Below are positions 22,790-34,689 of a stretch of DNA of 34,689 bases, one piece after another. The notes beneath the pieces were generated by a model. It saw nothing but the letters and a program-made list of their open reading frames with translations, was not told the origin of the DNA and ran no database searches. The number at the start of each line of letters is the position of its first letter. Positions within the stretch are counted from its first letter, which is position 1. Position numbers and translations under genes: made by a program. The DNA is from Chiloscyllium plagiosum (lineage: Eukaryota): the NCBI RefSeq assembly GCF_004010195.1, contig NC_057718.1, forward strand, positions 42,484,901 to 42,519,589, read 5' to 3'.

Positions 22790-23350
22790 TGGAAGTAAGT
22801 CATCTCACCTCCAGGAGAAAAATTGCAATGTTTGCTAATGATTACACAACATTCATCATCATTCACAGCTACTCAGATACTGAAGTAGTTTATGTCTATG
22901 TGCAAAAAGACATGGACAATATCCAAGCTTGGGTTGGCAAGTAACATTCAGACTTTCAATATTTACTCCCTTCACCATCAATGCACAGTGCCAGATCTGT
23001 GCACCATTTACAAAATGTGCTGCAGTAACTGGTCAATGTTCCTATGACAGCACCATTTAAGCTATAACCTCTACCATCTAGAAGGATGGGGCATCAGATG
23101 CATTGGATCAATAACACCTACAAGATCTCCTCCGAGCCACATGGCACCCTAACATGGAACTATATCATCATTCCTCCACTATTGCTGAGTCAAAATCCTG
23201 GAAGTTCCTTGCTAGCAACACTATGGATGTCCCCGCACTCCAAGAACTGCAATGTTTCAAGAAGGCAACTCCCCACCATACCCTCCGGTCAATTAGTGAA
23301 GGATAGTAAATTTAGTCTAGCCTGTAATGCACATATCCCATGAACAATTT
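22790..23350 (+). mobile_element. LINE family 2, RT end and 3' UTR, internally deleted
   Basis: atgtttgctaatgattacaca (MFAND, a decayed FADD), QKDMDNIQAW, then the same 3' UTR as 3420 and 18015. Confidence 0.72.
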
Positions 23351-24539
23351 TTCAAAATGATCAAAATTCCAAAACAATCTTGAATCAAAAAGAGTGGAGT
23401 TTCATTACAAGAAAAAGTAAAAACAACAACAAGCACACACACACAGACACAAGTAATGAGATTCCAAAGAAAGTCAGCAAAGGGTATCGGGCCTTGTGCA
23501 AGAAGATAAGAAGTTGCACCTTAGCTTTTTAGAATCTTTGAGTTGAGAAAATGAAAAGCTTGTGTCCAATTGTTTAGCTCCTGTCTGGTTTCTTTCATAA
23601 TGGTGATACTGATGCTCTCAGTGAGTTGTGATATTTAGTATGTTACCTTGCATAGTTTCTGAGGTAGACAGAGAGAGAGATATACACAGGCAGAGTCTTC
23701 ATGTTCTTGTTTACAAATCCATTTGTTTTCTTGCCTGTCATCTGTTGATCAAAATTAGCTGTTAGTAAAGGTCCATTTGTATATTGTTGAAACAAAAACA
23801 AATTGCTGGAGGACCTCTGCATGTATGGTGGCATCTGTGGAGAGAAAGCCGAGTTGACATTTCCAATCCATTGGCCATTCAGAACTCAATATTCATATAT
23901 ATCCCTGTATCTGCTCATTGATTTCCCAAGCTGAATACTTCACAGAAAACTTTTCATCTCAATGCCTAACTTGCAGAAAGGTGTGAATTAATGAGGGATC
24001 TTTTATAATGATGATAATATTGGCTCAGACTGATCTTTGTTTACTGATGGGTTCATGAATTTGGCTAAACCTAGACAGGTGATCAGAGGAGCCATTTGTC
24101 AATATCTTTCCTTTTTCCACTCATCTTTAATCCATGAATCTAGTCTCTCCAGAGAACTAAACATCCTCATCCATTGCATTGTTCTAGTAAACCTCTTTTG
24201 CATTCTCTGTTATAAAGATTTTGTAAAAATTTTTATTTTTATGATCTTATAATAAAAGCAACATTCTTATTTATTAACAGCCTTATCAACTTTGTCCTCC
24301 ACATTTAAATATTTTGTATATACACCCTTAAACTGTGTCCAATCTTGCTTCCATTTTAGAATTACCCATTTGGTTCAGAGTACCTCTCCTCCTCCATCCT
24401 CCAAAAGGTATCCTTTAAGATGTTTCTGTATGATATTTCATCTGCTGTGTGTCTGTCTTTGTCATTTGTCTGCTTATGACCTTTAAATTGCCTCACACAT
24501 TTGTTTATTATATTTCTGAATTTTATGTAATCTACAGAC

Positions 24540-25410
24540 TTTGAAATTGTGGTTTATAGATCTATCAAGAAGAACTGTAGTCCTACTGCACACTCATGGG
24601 AAATATCACTCAATGCCTTATTTAAGTCTAAGAAACAACCCCTCATTGCAACTCTTGGGTTTCTGTCTTAGCCAATTTTGAATCCACACTACAACAGTTC
24701 ATCTAATCCCATGAGTTTTAATTTTGACAACAAATCTATTGTGTGGCACTTCTATAAATGACTTTTGCAGGTACATATACAGACCATCAACCACATTACC
24801 CTAATCATCCCTCTCCATATATTAATCAAAGACCTACATAATGTTAATTAAACACAATTTGTCTTTAGTAAATCCAGGTGCTAATCAATTTTGTCTTTGA
24901 AATTCTTTCCACTGACATTAGACTGTCTGATCTGTGGTGCAAGGTTTATCTCTCTCCTGTTCTTGAGCAGAGGTTAAACATTTGCAATATTCCAGTTCTG
25001 TTATAAAACAACTATACATCTGAGGAGAACTGGAATACCCTGGGCACAATTTTCAACCTTAGTAAACTAGCAACATCCCATTTGTACCAGATGCTTTTCT
25101 ATTTTTGACTAAAGCCAATCACTTGAGTATCTCTTGTTTAATTATTTTCATCCGATACAATTTTTTTAGAATCTCCTCTTTCACTGCTACGTTAACAAAA
25201 CCCCTTTCTCTGGTGAAGCTAGAATACACCCATTTCCTATATTTGCTTCTATCTACACAAGAATTCTCAATTGACTCCACCTTATTTTATGGTACCTTTC
25301 ATATTAGTCTTCGGGCTAATCTTAAAGCCTCTATACTTCTTTATTACCTCTTTCAGAACTTGCTTGTTTTTATAAACAGTCATTTTGGTGTTCTGCCTTC
25401 ATATTTTTAC
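24540..25410 (-). mobile_element. Old CR1 RT-region fragments
   Basis: aaacaacccctcattgcaactc...agccaattttgaatcca...ctaatcccatgagttttaattttg parallels 7510-7615. It is followed by the reverse of a D.VY.DFQKAFD.VPH-like region. Confidence 0.6.
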
Positions 25411-25411
25411 T

Positions 25412-25764
25412 TCATTCATTCACAGAAAATGGGTGTCTCTGGCTAGACAAACAGTTACTACCCATCTCTAATTGCTTAGAGTTAAGAGACCATCACATTG
25501 CTGTGAGTCTGGATTCAATGTAGGCCAGACCAGGTAAAGATGGCAGATCTCCATCTCTGAAGACCATCAATGAACCAAATAGATATTTACAATAATCTGC
25601 AGTGGTTTTGTGGTACCATCAGGTTAGACTTTTATTCTAGTTTTTTTTTCGTGAATTGAAATTTCAATTTCTAGCCAAGTGTTATTTCTATCCTGGACCT
25701 CCAAATGAGTCTGGAATTCCAGATTACTAGTCTGATGATGTTACCACTACAGTACCCCTCGCCC
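25412..25764 (-). mobile_element. tRNA-derived SINE sharing its 3' tail with LINE family 2
   Basis: The minus-strand head ctgtagtggtaacatcatcagactagtaatctgg is tRNA-like. The tail gcaattagagatgggtagtaactgtttgtctagccagagacacccat matches the LINE tail at 3553-3600. Confidence 0.65.
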
Positions 25765-26180
25765 TTGCATTTCATCTGCTTTCGTTTGCCACCTTCTGCT
25801 TCATTTAATTTCCAACCTTTTATTCATCGGGGAGCTTTACTTCGGTTATCCTTCTTTTCCTGCCCTCCGTCTCACGTTACCCATCCTGTATTCTATACCA
25901 AACTATTTCCTCTTTGAAGGGCTCGCATTGTTCAATCACTGTTTTGTCTACAACTTTTAATTCTAGACCATTAGAGTCTTTTAACCTTACTAAAATAGTT
26001 ATTAATTTGAATATTATTGATAATTTGTTCGTTGACCTTTTCCATAACTATTTTTTGGCCTATATTATAATCATAATTTCCTTGCACTGACTGATGAAAG
26101 TGGGTTCTCCATCCTTCATTTGTTTCTAGTGACTGCTTCCAAAGCTGTTTCTTACCTCTGAACAAGGATGCTTTTGATAG

Positions 26181-26299
26181 ATATTACTAGAATTCATTGC
26201 TGGTTTGATAAAAATGTTATTACCCAGTCTGCATATACTTATGTACAGACTGGGAAATAATAACATTTTCATCAAACCAGCAATGAATTCTAAGTATAT
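26181..26299. repeat. Near-perfect fold-back inverted duplication
   Basis: tagaattcattgctggtttgataaaaatgttattacccagtctg vs cagactgggaaataataacattttcatcaaaccagcaatgaattcta. Opposite-strand ORFs share RLGNN(N)IFIKPAMNS. Confidence 0.92.
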
Positions 26300-26318
26300 A
26301 CAGACTGGAAGTTTTCCT

Positions 26319-26428
26319 GGCACAGTGGTAGTGTCTCTACCTTTAAGCCAGGAGGCCTGGGTTCAGGCAGACTTGCTCCAGAGGTATGTACAAACATCTC
26401 TGAACAGGTAGATTAGAAAGTATCTATA
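26319..26428 (+). mobile_element. Short tRNA-like SINE remnant
   Basis: tggcacagtggtagtgtc (A-box-like) and cctgggttcagg (decayed B box). No complete cloverleaf. Confidence 0.5.
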
Positions 26429-26549
26429 CTATAATATGTAATAATTATGTGATAAGCCCCATTATAGGCTCTAGTAAAAGCAGAACTGACAAAACCATGA
26501 TTATGTTGCTCTGTTGTTATCTAAAAACTAGTTTTGATCAGTATTGAAA

Positions 26550-27120
26550 CAAGCTAGTTGTTTCTGCATTGTAGACTGGGTTCCTGGAAAAATCCTCACA
26601 CAGTTGAGTTCAAGGGAATTCCAAGGAAAAATGAAAACTTCAATTGGCATTTCCCTTGGATCTAGAAGCTTCTGGAAAACCTCATTAATGTTGAAAGATT
26701 TGGAGAGTTCCGATTCACTTGCACTTAACGGTTAGCCAGGAAAGGTTAAAGGATTGAAACCACCTATAATTCCAGGGTAGCTATGAAACTGAGCTCATGA
26801 CTCCTCTCCTGACCCCTGACACCCACCAGAGCTGACACACCTCCCCCTCCCACCACTCACCCATCGTGACCTGGATTCAACACCCTCAATCCCCCACCAA
26901 TGCACTGACTTGACCCTAATCCCTACCCCTTCACTTAACTCTTCTTTACCCTCCCCGCTCCCAGCCAACTGGCACCATATCCCCCTCACCCACCTGACAC
27001 CCTACTCTGCCACCTATATGGCAGCATAACCTGTTTAACCACCTGATACCCTATGCCTTTACACCCCATATTCCACATTGGCCTGCCCCATTCCACACAC
27101 CTCTGGTATTTGGTCAGTAG
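26550..27120 (-). repeat. Inverted copy of the 13240-14060 repeat family, with a C-rich low-complexity block
   Basis: Inverted similarity to 13800-13970 seen by eye, followed by the C-rich block at 26800-27100. Confidence 0.5.
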
Positions 27121-30100
27121 CATTTTATCTGGTCGCAGTTAGAATTAAATCTCAACCCAAATTGGAATTTTGAGGCCATTAATTGAGGAGGTTTTGAGGA
27201 AACGTAAATTTGGTTGCTGTTTGTAAGAGCATGTACTGTATCCAGAGTGTTTAAAGATTTGAATATTTTGGAAAGTTGAATTGTGATTATTTTTCGAATT
27301 GAGGAAAATTAAGTAGCACTGCAGACTCAACATTGAAAGCAACAAGAGATTTACCATTCAAAAAGGTCATTGCAAATAACAAATTATGGATTGTGTAACA
27401 GTATCAACAGTTTTGATTGATAACAGTGAACAATGATGCTGATTTGCTAATTGTTTGAATTGATTGCTTGGGATATTCACTTCCCATGAACTTTGAAATT
27501 TTATCAGGTTTTAGTAAAAAAATTAATATAACAGTGCAGGTTATACTAACAAAATGCTAATTGCACGTAAATATTTTCGTACCAATAGTTTAGAAAGATG
27601 GCCTTTTTAGGGGATGAGAGTTATTACCTCAATAATGCATAGAAATGTAAATCCCAAGAGAGTGAACTTTATTGCCTGAATGATATTTCTATTGTAAATA
27701 AATTCCTGATACAGCTAACTTTTCATGAATTTAATTGGGATTTGACCTTGTGATGACTTTGAATAATGCTTCTAAGTTGTGGTAGGTAAGATGAAAATGA
27801 AGATTTAATCAAATGGAGCAAATGCCACAAATAGCCATGCTGGAAAGTTCGCATATTGAGTAGGTCACACCTAAATATTGCGAAGTTGGTTTTGTATTAA
27901 AATTAAATTGAACTTTTTCCTTTGCCATTTTAAAATACAGGCTTAATGTTTTACATTTCTTCTTGTATCATTGCTCCCAGTAAAAGAGCTGACCCCGAAG
28001 TATAGGATCTCAGTAGTCTTATTCCAGGCAACTGAAGCATAATCCTGTTTAACCCAACTTATATCTGTTAGTAAAATGCAAAGTGTGTGATTTCATTGCA
28101 AACGAGTCAATGGACAAGCCTGCTAAATTTATCCTACCCTAAGGGATACCCACACATCATGAATTTGTCGATGTCTTGTAAACAAATGTATGAGTGCTTC
28201 ACTGTTGAGAGTGGACACGTTGCACTGAAGTTAAGTTGTAGAAAAGAGTTATAGCAGTTTTCTAGCATGTGGTAAATGGAGCAGTGATATATTGCCTATA
28301 AGTAAATTATTGAGTCAATAGCTACTGTGATATCAAAATGATTTATTTTGGGAGTTAAAAAATCATTTGTTTGGATTGATTAGTATTCATTAATTATGCT
28401 AATTATCTAGTGAGCAACCAGATGTTTTTTAGAGCTAAGACTAGAAATGAATTACAAGTCCTATTTATTTAACTAAAAATAGTAACATACTATTGTGTAT
28501 TACTTTTTGAAATATTTAATTTTGGAAATATGGTTATGTTTCTGCATGTAATGTAATTTAATTTGATTCAAACTCTTTCTTTGTCATTCCTCTATTTTTG
28601 CTGTCTTTTTGCTTAAATTCCATTGACCGAAGGGCTATCATTTACCAAGGTCTCTACTACTATTCTGTCTTTACATATTCAACAATTTGTGGCAAAAACT
28701 TAGTGCAGCAAAGGTTAATGAAAAAAAATCCAGCCAACTGGGCATACTTTGAAATGCCATCCAATTGTCAACTCTAAGCCCTTGAAGTACAAGCATTTTT
28801 GTGTGACTCTGCATCTCCTGAACTGAACATGCAAATAATAAATGCAGCAACACATAAGTTAACTCAGTAAAGAATCATTCTGATTTTAGCTGTTTTCACC
28901 CATGTAAATTTGAGCAAACATTACCTTCACTTTGGCGCAATATCAACCTCCCACCCCACTGACCCTCTCCCCCACCTTGGATTTGGCAAGAAGGGGGGAA
29001 ATAGTGAAATAAATTGGCCCTGGAGAAAGACTTAACCCATTTTCACCATATCACTAATTAAGTTTATGGCGAAAAGGTCCATGAAAGGAGTTAACTCATG
29101 GTAACATACCACCTCCCTGACCACCTGCCTCTCTAACAGGTGAGGCAGTCTCCCGACTACGTGTCTGCCAGGTTTAGAGAGATCTCCAATTGGTCCAATC
29201 TGGAAACAACTAGAGGCATGAACGGGGAAAAGGGCTGACTTCTGAACGCTACATCCTTCCCATGCCCCCACCTTCTGAGACGAGTATACAAATACTTCGA
29301 GCTGTAGGTTCCCCTGAGTAGAAGGTCTGGTCTAGCAAACTTCAGGATCCAGAAGCTCTGGCCTCTGATTAGCTGGCAACTTCTGATGACCCACAATACC
29401 TGTTCCAGTGACTCAGTAACAAATTGGCCAGTCAGCTGTTAATAAGCTGACAGACTGGCAATGCAGTTTCTCTTGGCATTAGAGGTGTGCAGCATTAGTT
29501 ACCACCTAGTGTGCTTGCCCCCATACTTTTAAATAAGATGGGAAAATTCTCTCCTTCAAGATAAAGAACAGCACAATGTTTAGAAATAGAACTGTATGTC
29601 GAACCTCTATTATATCTGAGGTATGTTACTGGGTTTTGATTTCTGCATCTGGGAAGCACTTGTTGCATGACAGTAAAGTACTTATGAATTCATAGCTAAA
29701 TATATAAGTACTTCCTTGACATTAAAATTCATGAGTGTTTTTTGAAGTGTACCAAAATAATAACAAACCATTAATTTATTTTTAGTGTAATGACTTTATA
29801 TATCCTAGTGATGATAGTAGAATTATAATTGATAAATGGTAATTGTTGGAAAAATGGATCACAGTGACTTGAAACAGTGCACATTTGCACAGTAGTATAG
29901 CATGCATACATACATTTGGAATATGTTTATATAACATATTGAAAAAATAGCACCATCCAGAAATCTGAGTCAATTTATATACAATCATTAGTGCTAGTGA
30001 GTAAGTTATTGTTTGATATTTGGGCAAACTAATTTGTGGCATGGAAATTATTCCTTAGATGCACCTTAATCATATTCATCTATTGATACAAGATGGAATC

Positions 30101-32789
30101 TTCTGCTTTTTGATGTAATGATGACAGACATAAAAAAGGACAAAACAGTTGCCATAAACAGAAAAACCCACCAGACATTATAACCATTAGACACTTGTGT
30201 AGCCACTCTGTCGGTTTTCTGCTCGGATGACTTCCTGGAAGAGTATTGGCTTACTTTGCATGAAGCTGCCAATCAGTCAAGATTGGCAGCCCCTATGAGC
30301 AGTCATGCTGTGTAAGATTCCATGGCTGCTGGTGGCACAGCAACCCATAAATCCAGGAATGGTGAGTTTGACAGGTATCTTTTCAGGCTGATCATGGGGT
30401 GGGAGTCACTTGGAGATGGTATCAGCGAAGTTGCAAAAAATTTCAGGAGTGTAATTTTGTTCTTGCTCCTATCTGTACCATAGATCATACACGGATTTGT
30501 GCAAATAAAGTTCCAATCCCCCTTCACCCTATGCTGGCAGACAAGCCACTGTTGAATTGTACCAGTCAAGAAGTCTGAGTGTGTGAGCCAACAGCAGACC
30601 GGTTCTCTACCATATTCCAGTTCTTCAAGATCCTGAGGCTTCTTTATATTCATTGAGAAAAGGTAAATGAGTAAAGCAAATGAGGTTGAAGGGTGCCAGA
30701 TAGTTGAGATGGTAGGATGCCAAATTAGTGAGGATTTGGATAATTGTTGGCTGAAGGGTTGAATACCAGAAGGGTAGGATGGCAGGTGGTTGAACGGTCA
30801 AGGTGGTAGTTGATTGAGGAGGTAAGATGCCAAATGGGTGAGAGAATAGGGTGTCATTTAAAAAAATTTCTTAAGCAAAAGAAAGGAATTTATGGCATGC
30901 TACTGTTGAGAAACATAAAACATGACATCAAATGCACACAACCGCCAAACAAAAGTAAAAAGGTGAGAGTGTCTCACTTAAAAGCAATATCAATAATATG
31001 TAGTTTCTAAAAAAAAGTCCTGAGAGTCCTTTGTGTTTAGTTTAACTTGAGACCACAGTTTTTAGTTGATGACTTGCATCCTCATCAGAAGTGAAATCTG
31101 TAGATATCTTTGAGTTCAGTGAATGATGTTTCTCCAGTTACTTTACCACTGGATGTTATTTTTTGAAGGTCTGAAAGAAAACAAAGAGAGTTAGAGAAAG
31201 AAACTTGCAGTTCTTTTGTTACAAATCCATTTTCTCCCTATCTGCTCTGCCCAAAAGCTGTTGTCTGAAATGCACTTCATTTATGCATTCCCATATCTGG
31301 CTTTTTTTTTCACTCATTTTGTTGACCGGTTAATTTCAGTTCAGTTTGGCTTTTGTTTATGGAAGGTTCCATGAAGCTTGGCTATTAACTTTGGCTATCT
31401 TTTATATTTAAAAAAATCTTAATTCCATGAAAGGCTCCAGCGATTAAAATCTAATGATAAAAGTTGAAAATTGATAGTTTACTATTATAACAGTTACCCA
31501 GGAGGCAGATTTATTTCCTCTAGCATTTTCTGGATAACTATTAAGGCAAGTCTGTCAGAACAATGCAAAGTTTCTAATTATAAATTCAAAGTCTGGGTCT
31601 ATTCTGTAGTGTTTGCCCATTAGAAGTTTCAACCTGTGGGGTGTTTCCTAAGATGATATAACTACATTAAGACTTCCACATCAATGCAGAAGTACTGTCC
31701 ACACAATTGCAGTGCCTATCTTCCCACACAAGATCTAGGCCATTTATTTGTGTGCAGGAGAGTTATTTATGGTAATTTAAAACAAACTATATGATTCGCA
31801 TTGGATTGTAAAACAAAACAAAGTCAATCAAATTACTCAACAAACCGTATCAGCTGCACCGCCTTTAAATAGCACTATTTCTATGCCTTGGTGCTTCATC
31901 ATGATGCAGATGCAGCTGTGGTTATGAACCTGATCAGGAGTACATCGACAGCTTGCAGGATCAAATATATTTTTAACACAGAATCCCTGCGTTTTGATTT
32001 GAGAGCTTCCAGATATTGCTGTTTGCTTTCAAATTAGTTTTAAAGAAGATTACTTGTCATGATCCTGTGCAAGTGGGAAAGATGTCTACAGGTTTGCTTC
32101 CAAAGGTTTGTGCAAATAGAAATGCAAACAATAAAATAAACTAACCTTTTGCACTGTTGTAACCACAACATATTGAATCATGACAACAAGATCTTTCATA
32201 CCCATGGAGAAAACATAGATATATTTCTCAGCCATCAAGATGCCCACCGGTTTATTTGTAAACTTGCCGTACAGTTTTGTGACAACAAATATATTTCATC
32301 CTAACTGGTTCACAAGGAGAAAGGAATTGAGATTCAACCAATATTTAAATAAACATAGAGGTAATATATTAGTCTGGAAAGAGTTGCAGTGTGCTGTGGC
32401 TGAGCAAGGATTATGGGTTAAAAAAGTTTGAATAATATCCTACCAGTTCTACTTAAACAATACACAACAGAAAAACATTTTAGGTTTTGAGTTAAATGCT
32501 TTCCAATGCATTAATTGCACCTATATCTATTTATGCTTGATGGTAAGAAACATTCTCACTGGACAGAGTTTATTGCACCACATTGTATGGGAAAAGGGCA
32601 ATGTAGTTACCAGAAAATGAATCGAAGATAAAAACAACTTTAGAAAAATGGTTTTCAGATCCATTTTAAATATAACAAAACTATTTATTGTCTGTCCGCC
32701 TTTGGGGTTTTCTGTACATTTCTACTTCAGGACACTGAACAATATTCTTCCGCAGGATTGACTGTTGTTAGCTCAGTCAGACTTTGGTG

Positions 32790-33930
32790 ACTATTCATAA
32801 TTGCCCTTGAGGTGGTGATGGTGAGCTACTTTCTTAAGTTGCTGCAGTTTCTATGGTGGAGATGCACCCAAGATGCTGTTAGGGAGAGTGTTCCAGGATT
32901 TTGATCCAACAACAGTGACAATGTACTTCCAAGTCAGGATGGCATGTGACCTACAGAGCACCTTGCAGGTTGTTCCCACGTGTCTGCTGCTGGAAAAATC
33001 TTCATGAATCACTGCAGTGTATACTTTGCAGCCACTGTGTATTGGCTTTAGAGAGACTGAATGTTTAATGATGGGTAAGATGCCAATTAAGCAGGCTGCA
33101 TTGTCCTACATAGTGTCAATATTCATGAGTTTTCTTGGAGTTGCACCCATCCAGGCCAGTGGAGATTATTTTATTAAATGCCTGACTTATACGTTGTAGA
33201 TGGTGGGCGGACTTTGAAACATCAGATGGTGAGCTTCAAGCCACAGGATTCTCAGCCTCTAACCTGCCCTTATAGCTGCAGTATTTATTTGGGTTTGGTA
33301 GCTAAAGATAGCCATGATGAACTCCTGAGTGATGTCCTGGGAACTCCAACAAATACAAGTATGCTCCTTTTATGCTGAGCATTATGCTAACCAGTGGAGA
33401 GTTTTCTTCTGATTCCCATTGAGTTAAATTCTGCAAGGACTCCTTGGTGCCGTGCTTGATCTAATGCAGCCTAGCTGTCAAAGGTAGTTGCTTTCAGTTC
33501 GTCTGTTGAGTTCAGCTTTTCTGTCCGTGTGTTGACTTAGGTTGTAATGCTGTCTGTGACAGAACCCAAACTGAGTATCAGTGATCATATTATTGCAAAG
33601 TGTTGCTTGATAACACCTTCCATCATTCTGTGGATGATTGACAGTGGACCGATGTGTTGATAATTGGCTGGGATAGATTTGTCCTCTTTGTGATCAGGCC
33701 ATACTTGGGGAATCTTCTATCTTGCTGGCCAGAAGTAAGTTTTCTACCTATACAGGAGTAGCTTGGCCAGAACATGGCTATTTCTGGAGCATATGTTTTA
33801 AGTGCTGTTGCCAGAAACTTGTCACGCCCATCGTCTTGGAAGTGACTTCTTAGAAGTGCATTGAGTGAATCAAATTGGCTGAAGATTTGTATTTATGATG
33901 CAGAGTACCTCAAGGGAGGTCAACTTGGAT
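32790..33930 (-). mobile_element. LINE family 2, decayed and internally deleted copy
   Basis: taattgcccttgaggtggtgatggtgagct...ttccaggattttgatcca is the reverse of the family tail. The remainder parallels 15400-15670 and 16080-16740. Confidence 0.78.
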
Positions 33931-34047
33931 ATTTTGAGATTTCATTAGGGATGCATTTTCTAAACTGTTTTGACGATTCTTGGAAATTTGTGTGACCATG
34001 AAAAGAACTAATACCCCAGAATGTAGGTTATTTTCATCAATTTATTT

Positions 34048-34689
34048 TAGAGTCATAGAGATGTACAGCATGGAAACGGGCCCTTCGGTCCAACCCGTCT
34101 GTGCCAACCAGATATCCCAACCCAATCTAGTCCCAACTGCCAGCACCCAGCCCATATCCCTCCAAACCCTTCCTATTCATATACCCATCCAAATGCCTCT
34201 TAAATGTTGCAATTATACCAGCCTCCACCACATCCTCTGTCAGCTCATTCCATACACGTACCACCCTCTGCATGAAAACGTTGCCACTTAGGTCTCTTTT
34301 GTATCTTTCCCCTCTCACTCTAAACCTGTGCCCTCTAGTTCTGGACTCCCCGACCCTAGGGGAAAGACTTTGTCTATTTATCCTATCCATGCCCCTCATA
34401 ATTTTGTAAACCTCTATAAGGTCACCCCTCAGCCTCCGATGTTCTTGGGAAAACTGCCCCAGCCTGTTCAGCCTCTCCCTGTAGCTTAGTTCCTCCAACC
34501 CTGGCAACATCCTTGTAATTCTTTTCTGAACCCTTTCAAGTTTCACAACATCTTTCCGATAGGAAGGAGACCTGAATTGCACGCAGTATTCCAACAGTGG
34601 CCTAACCAATGTCCTGTATAGCCGCAACATGACCTTCCAACTCCTGTTCTCAATGCTCTGACCAATAAAGGAAAGCATACCAAACGCCT
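34048..34689 (-). mobile_element. Young CR1 (HER1-like) LINE: open ORF2 C-terminus and 3' UTR, continuing beyond the window
   Basis: Uninterrupted 183-aa ORF (LYRTLVRPLLEYCVQF..LERVQKR..RRLRGDLIEVYKIM..SRTRGH..RVVRVWNEL..FKRHLDGYM) with tail ccatgctgtacatctctatgactcta. Confidence 0.95.

Noticed and set aside
31116..31175. Intronic C/D-box snoRNA (ATGATGT...CTGA)
   Set aside because: The box C is imperfect, the span is too short, the terminal stem overlaps box D, and I recognise no rRNA guide.

Overview
Eukaryotic, AT-rich, CpG-depleted genomic DNA, almost certainly from a cartilaginous fish (shark/ray; inferred from HE1-type SINEs and their partner CR1/HER1-type LINEs). The window lies inside the + strand gene GPATCH2. 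Two coding exons are clear: 14490-14672 (183 nt) and 19520-19599 (80 nt). They splice in frame to ...[31 protein letters not shown]...[49 protein letters not shown]. The rest is intron. It holds a decayed PIF/Harbinger transposon interrupted by a CR1 LINE that is itself interrupted by an HE1 SINE, and a Penelope-like element with an inverted 5' part. It also holds four HE1 SINEs, several CR1 pieces (one young, at the right edge), a Rex1/Babar tail, a second LINE family with a tail-sharing tRNA SINE, a probable solo LTR, several hairpins, and repeat-free motif-dense stretches that may be conserved enhancers. Almost all ORFs in the supplied track are spurious or TE-derived. I found no convincing evidence of a novel multi-gene system. 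The best leads are TE architecture, decayed hammerhead-like motifs, possible alternative 3' processing of GPATCH2 and candidate regulatory elements. All family assignments come from recalled consensus motifs, not database searches, and repeat boundaries are approximate.
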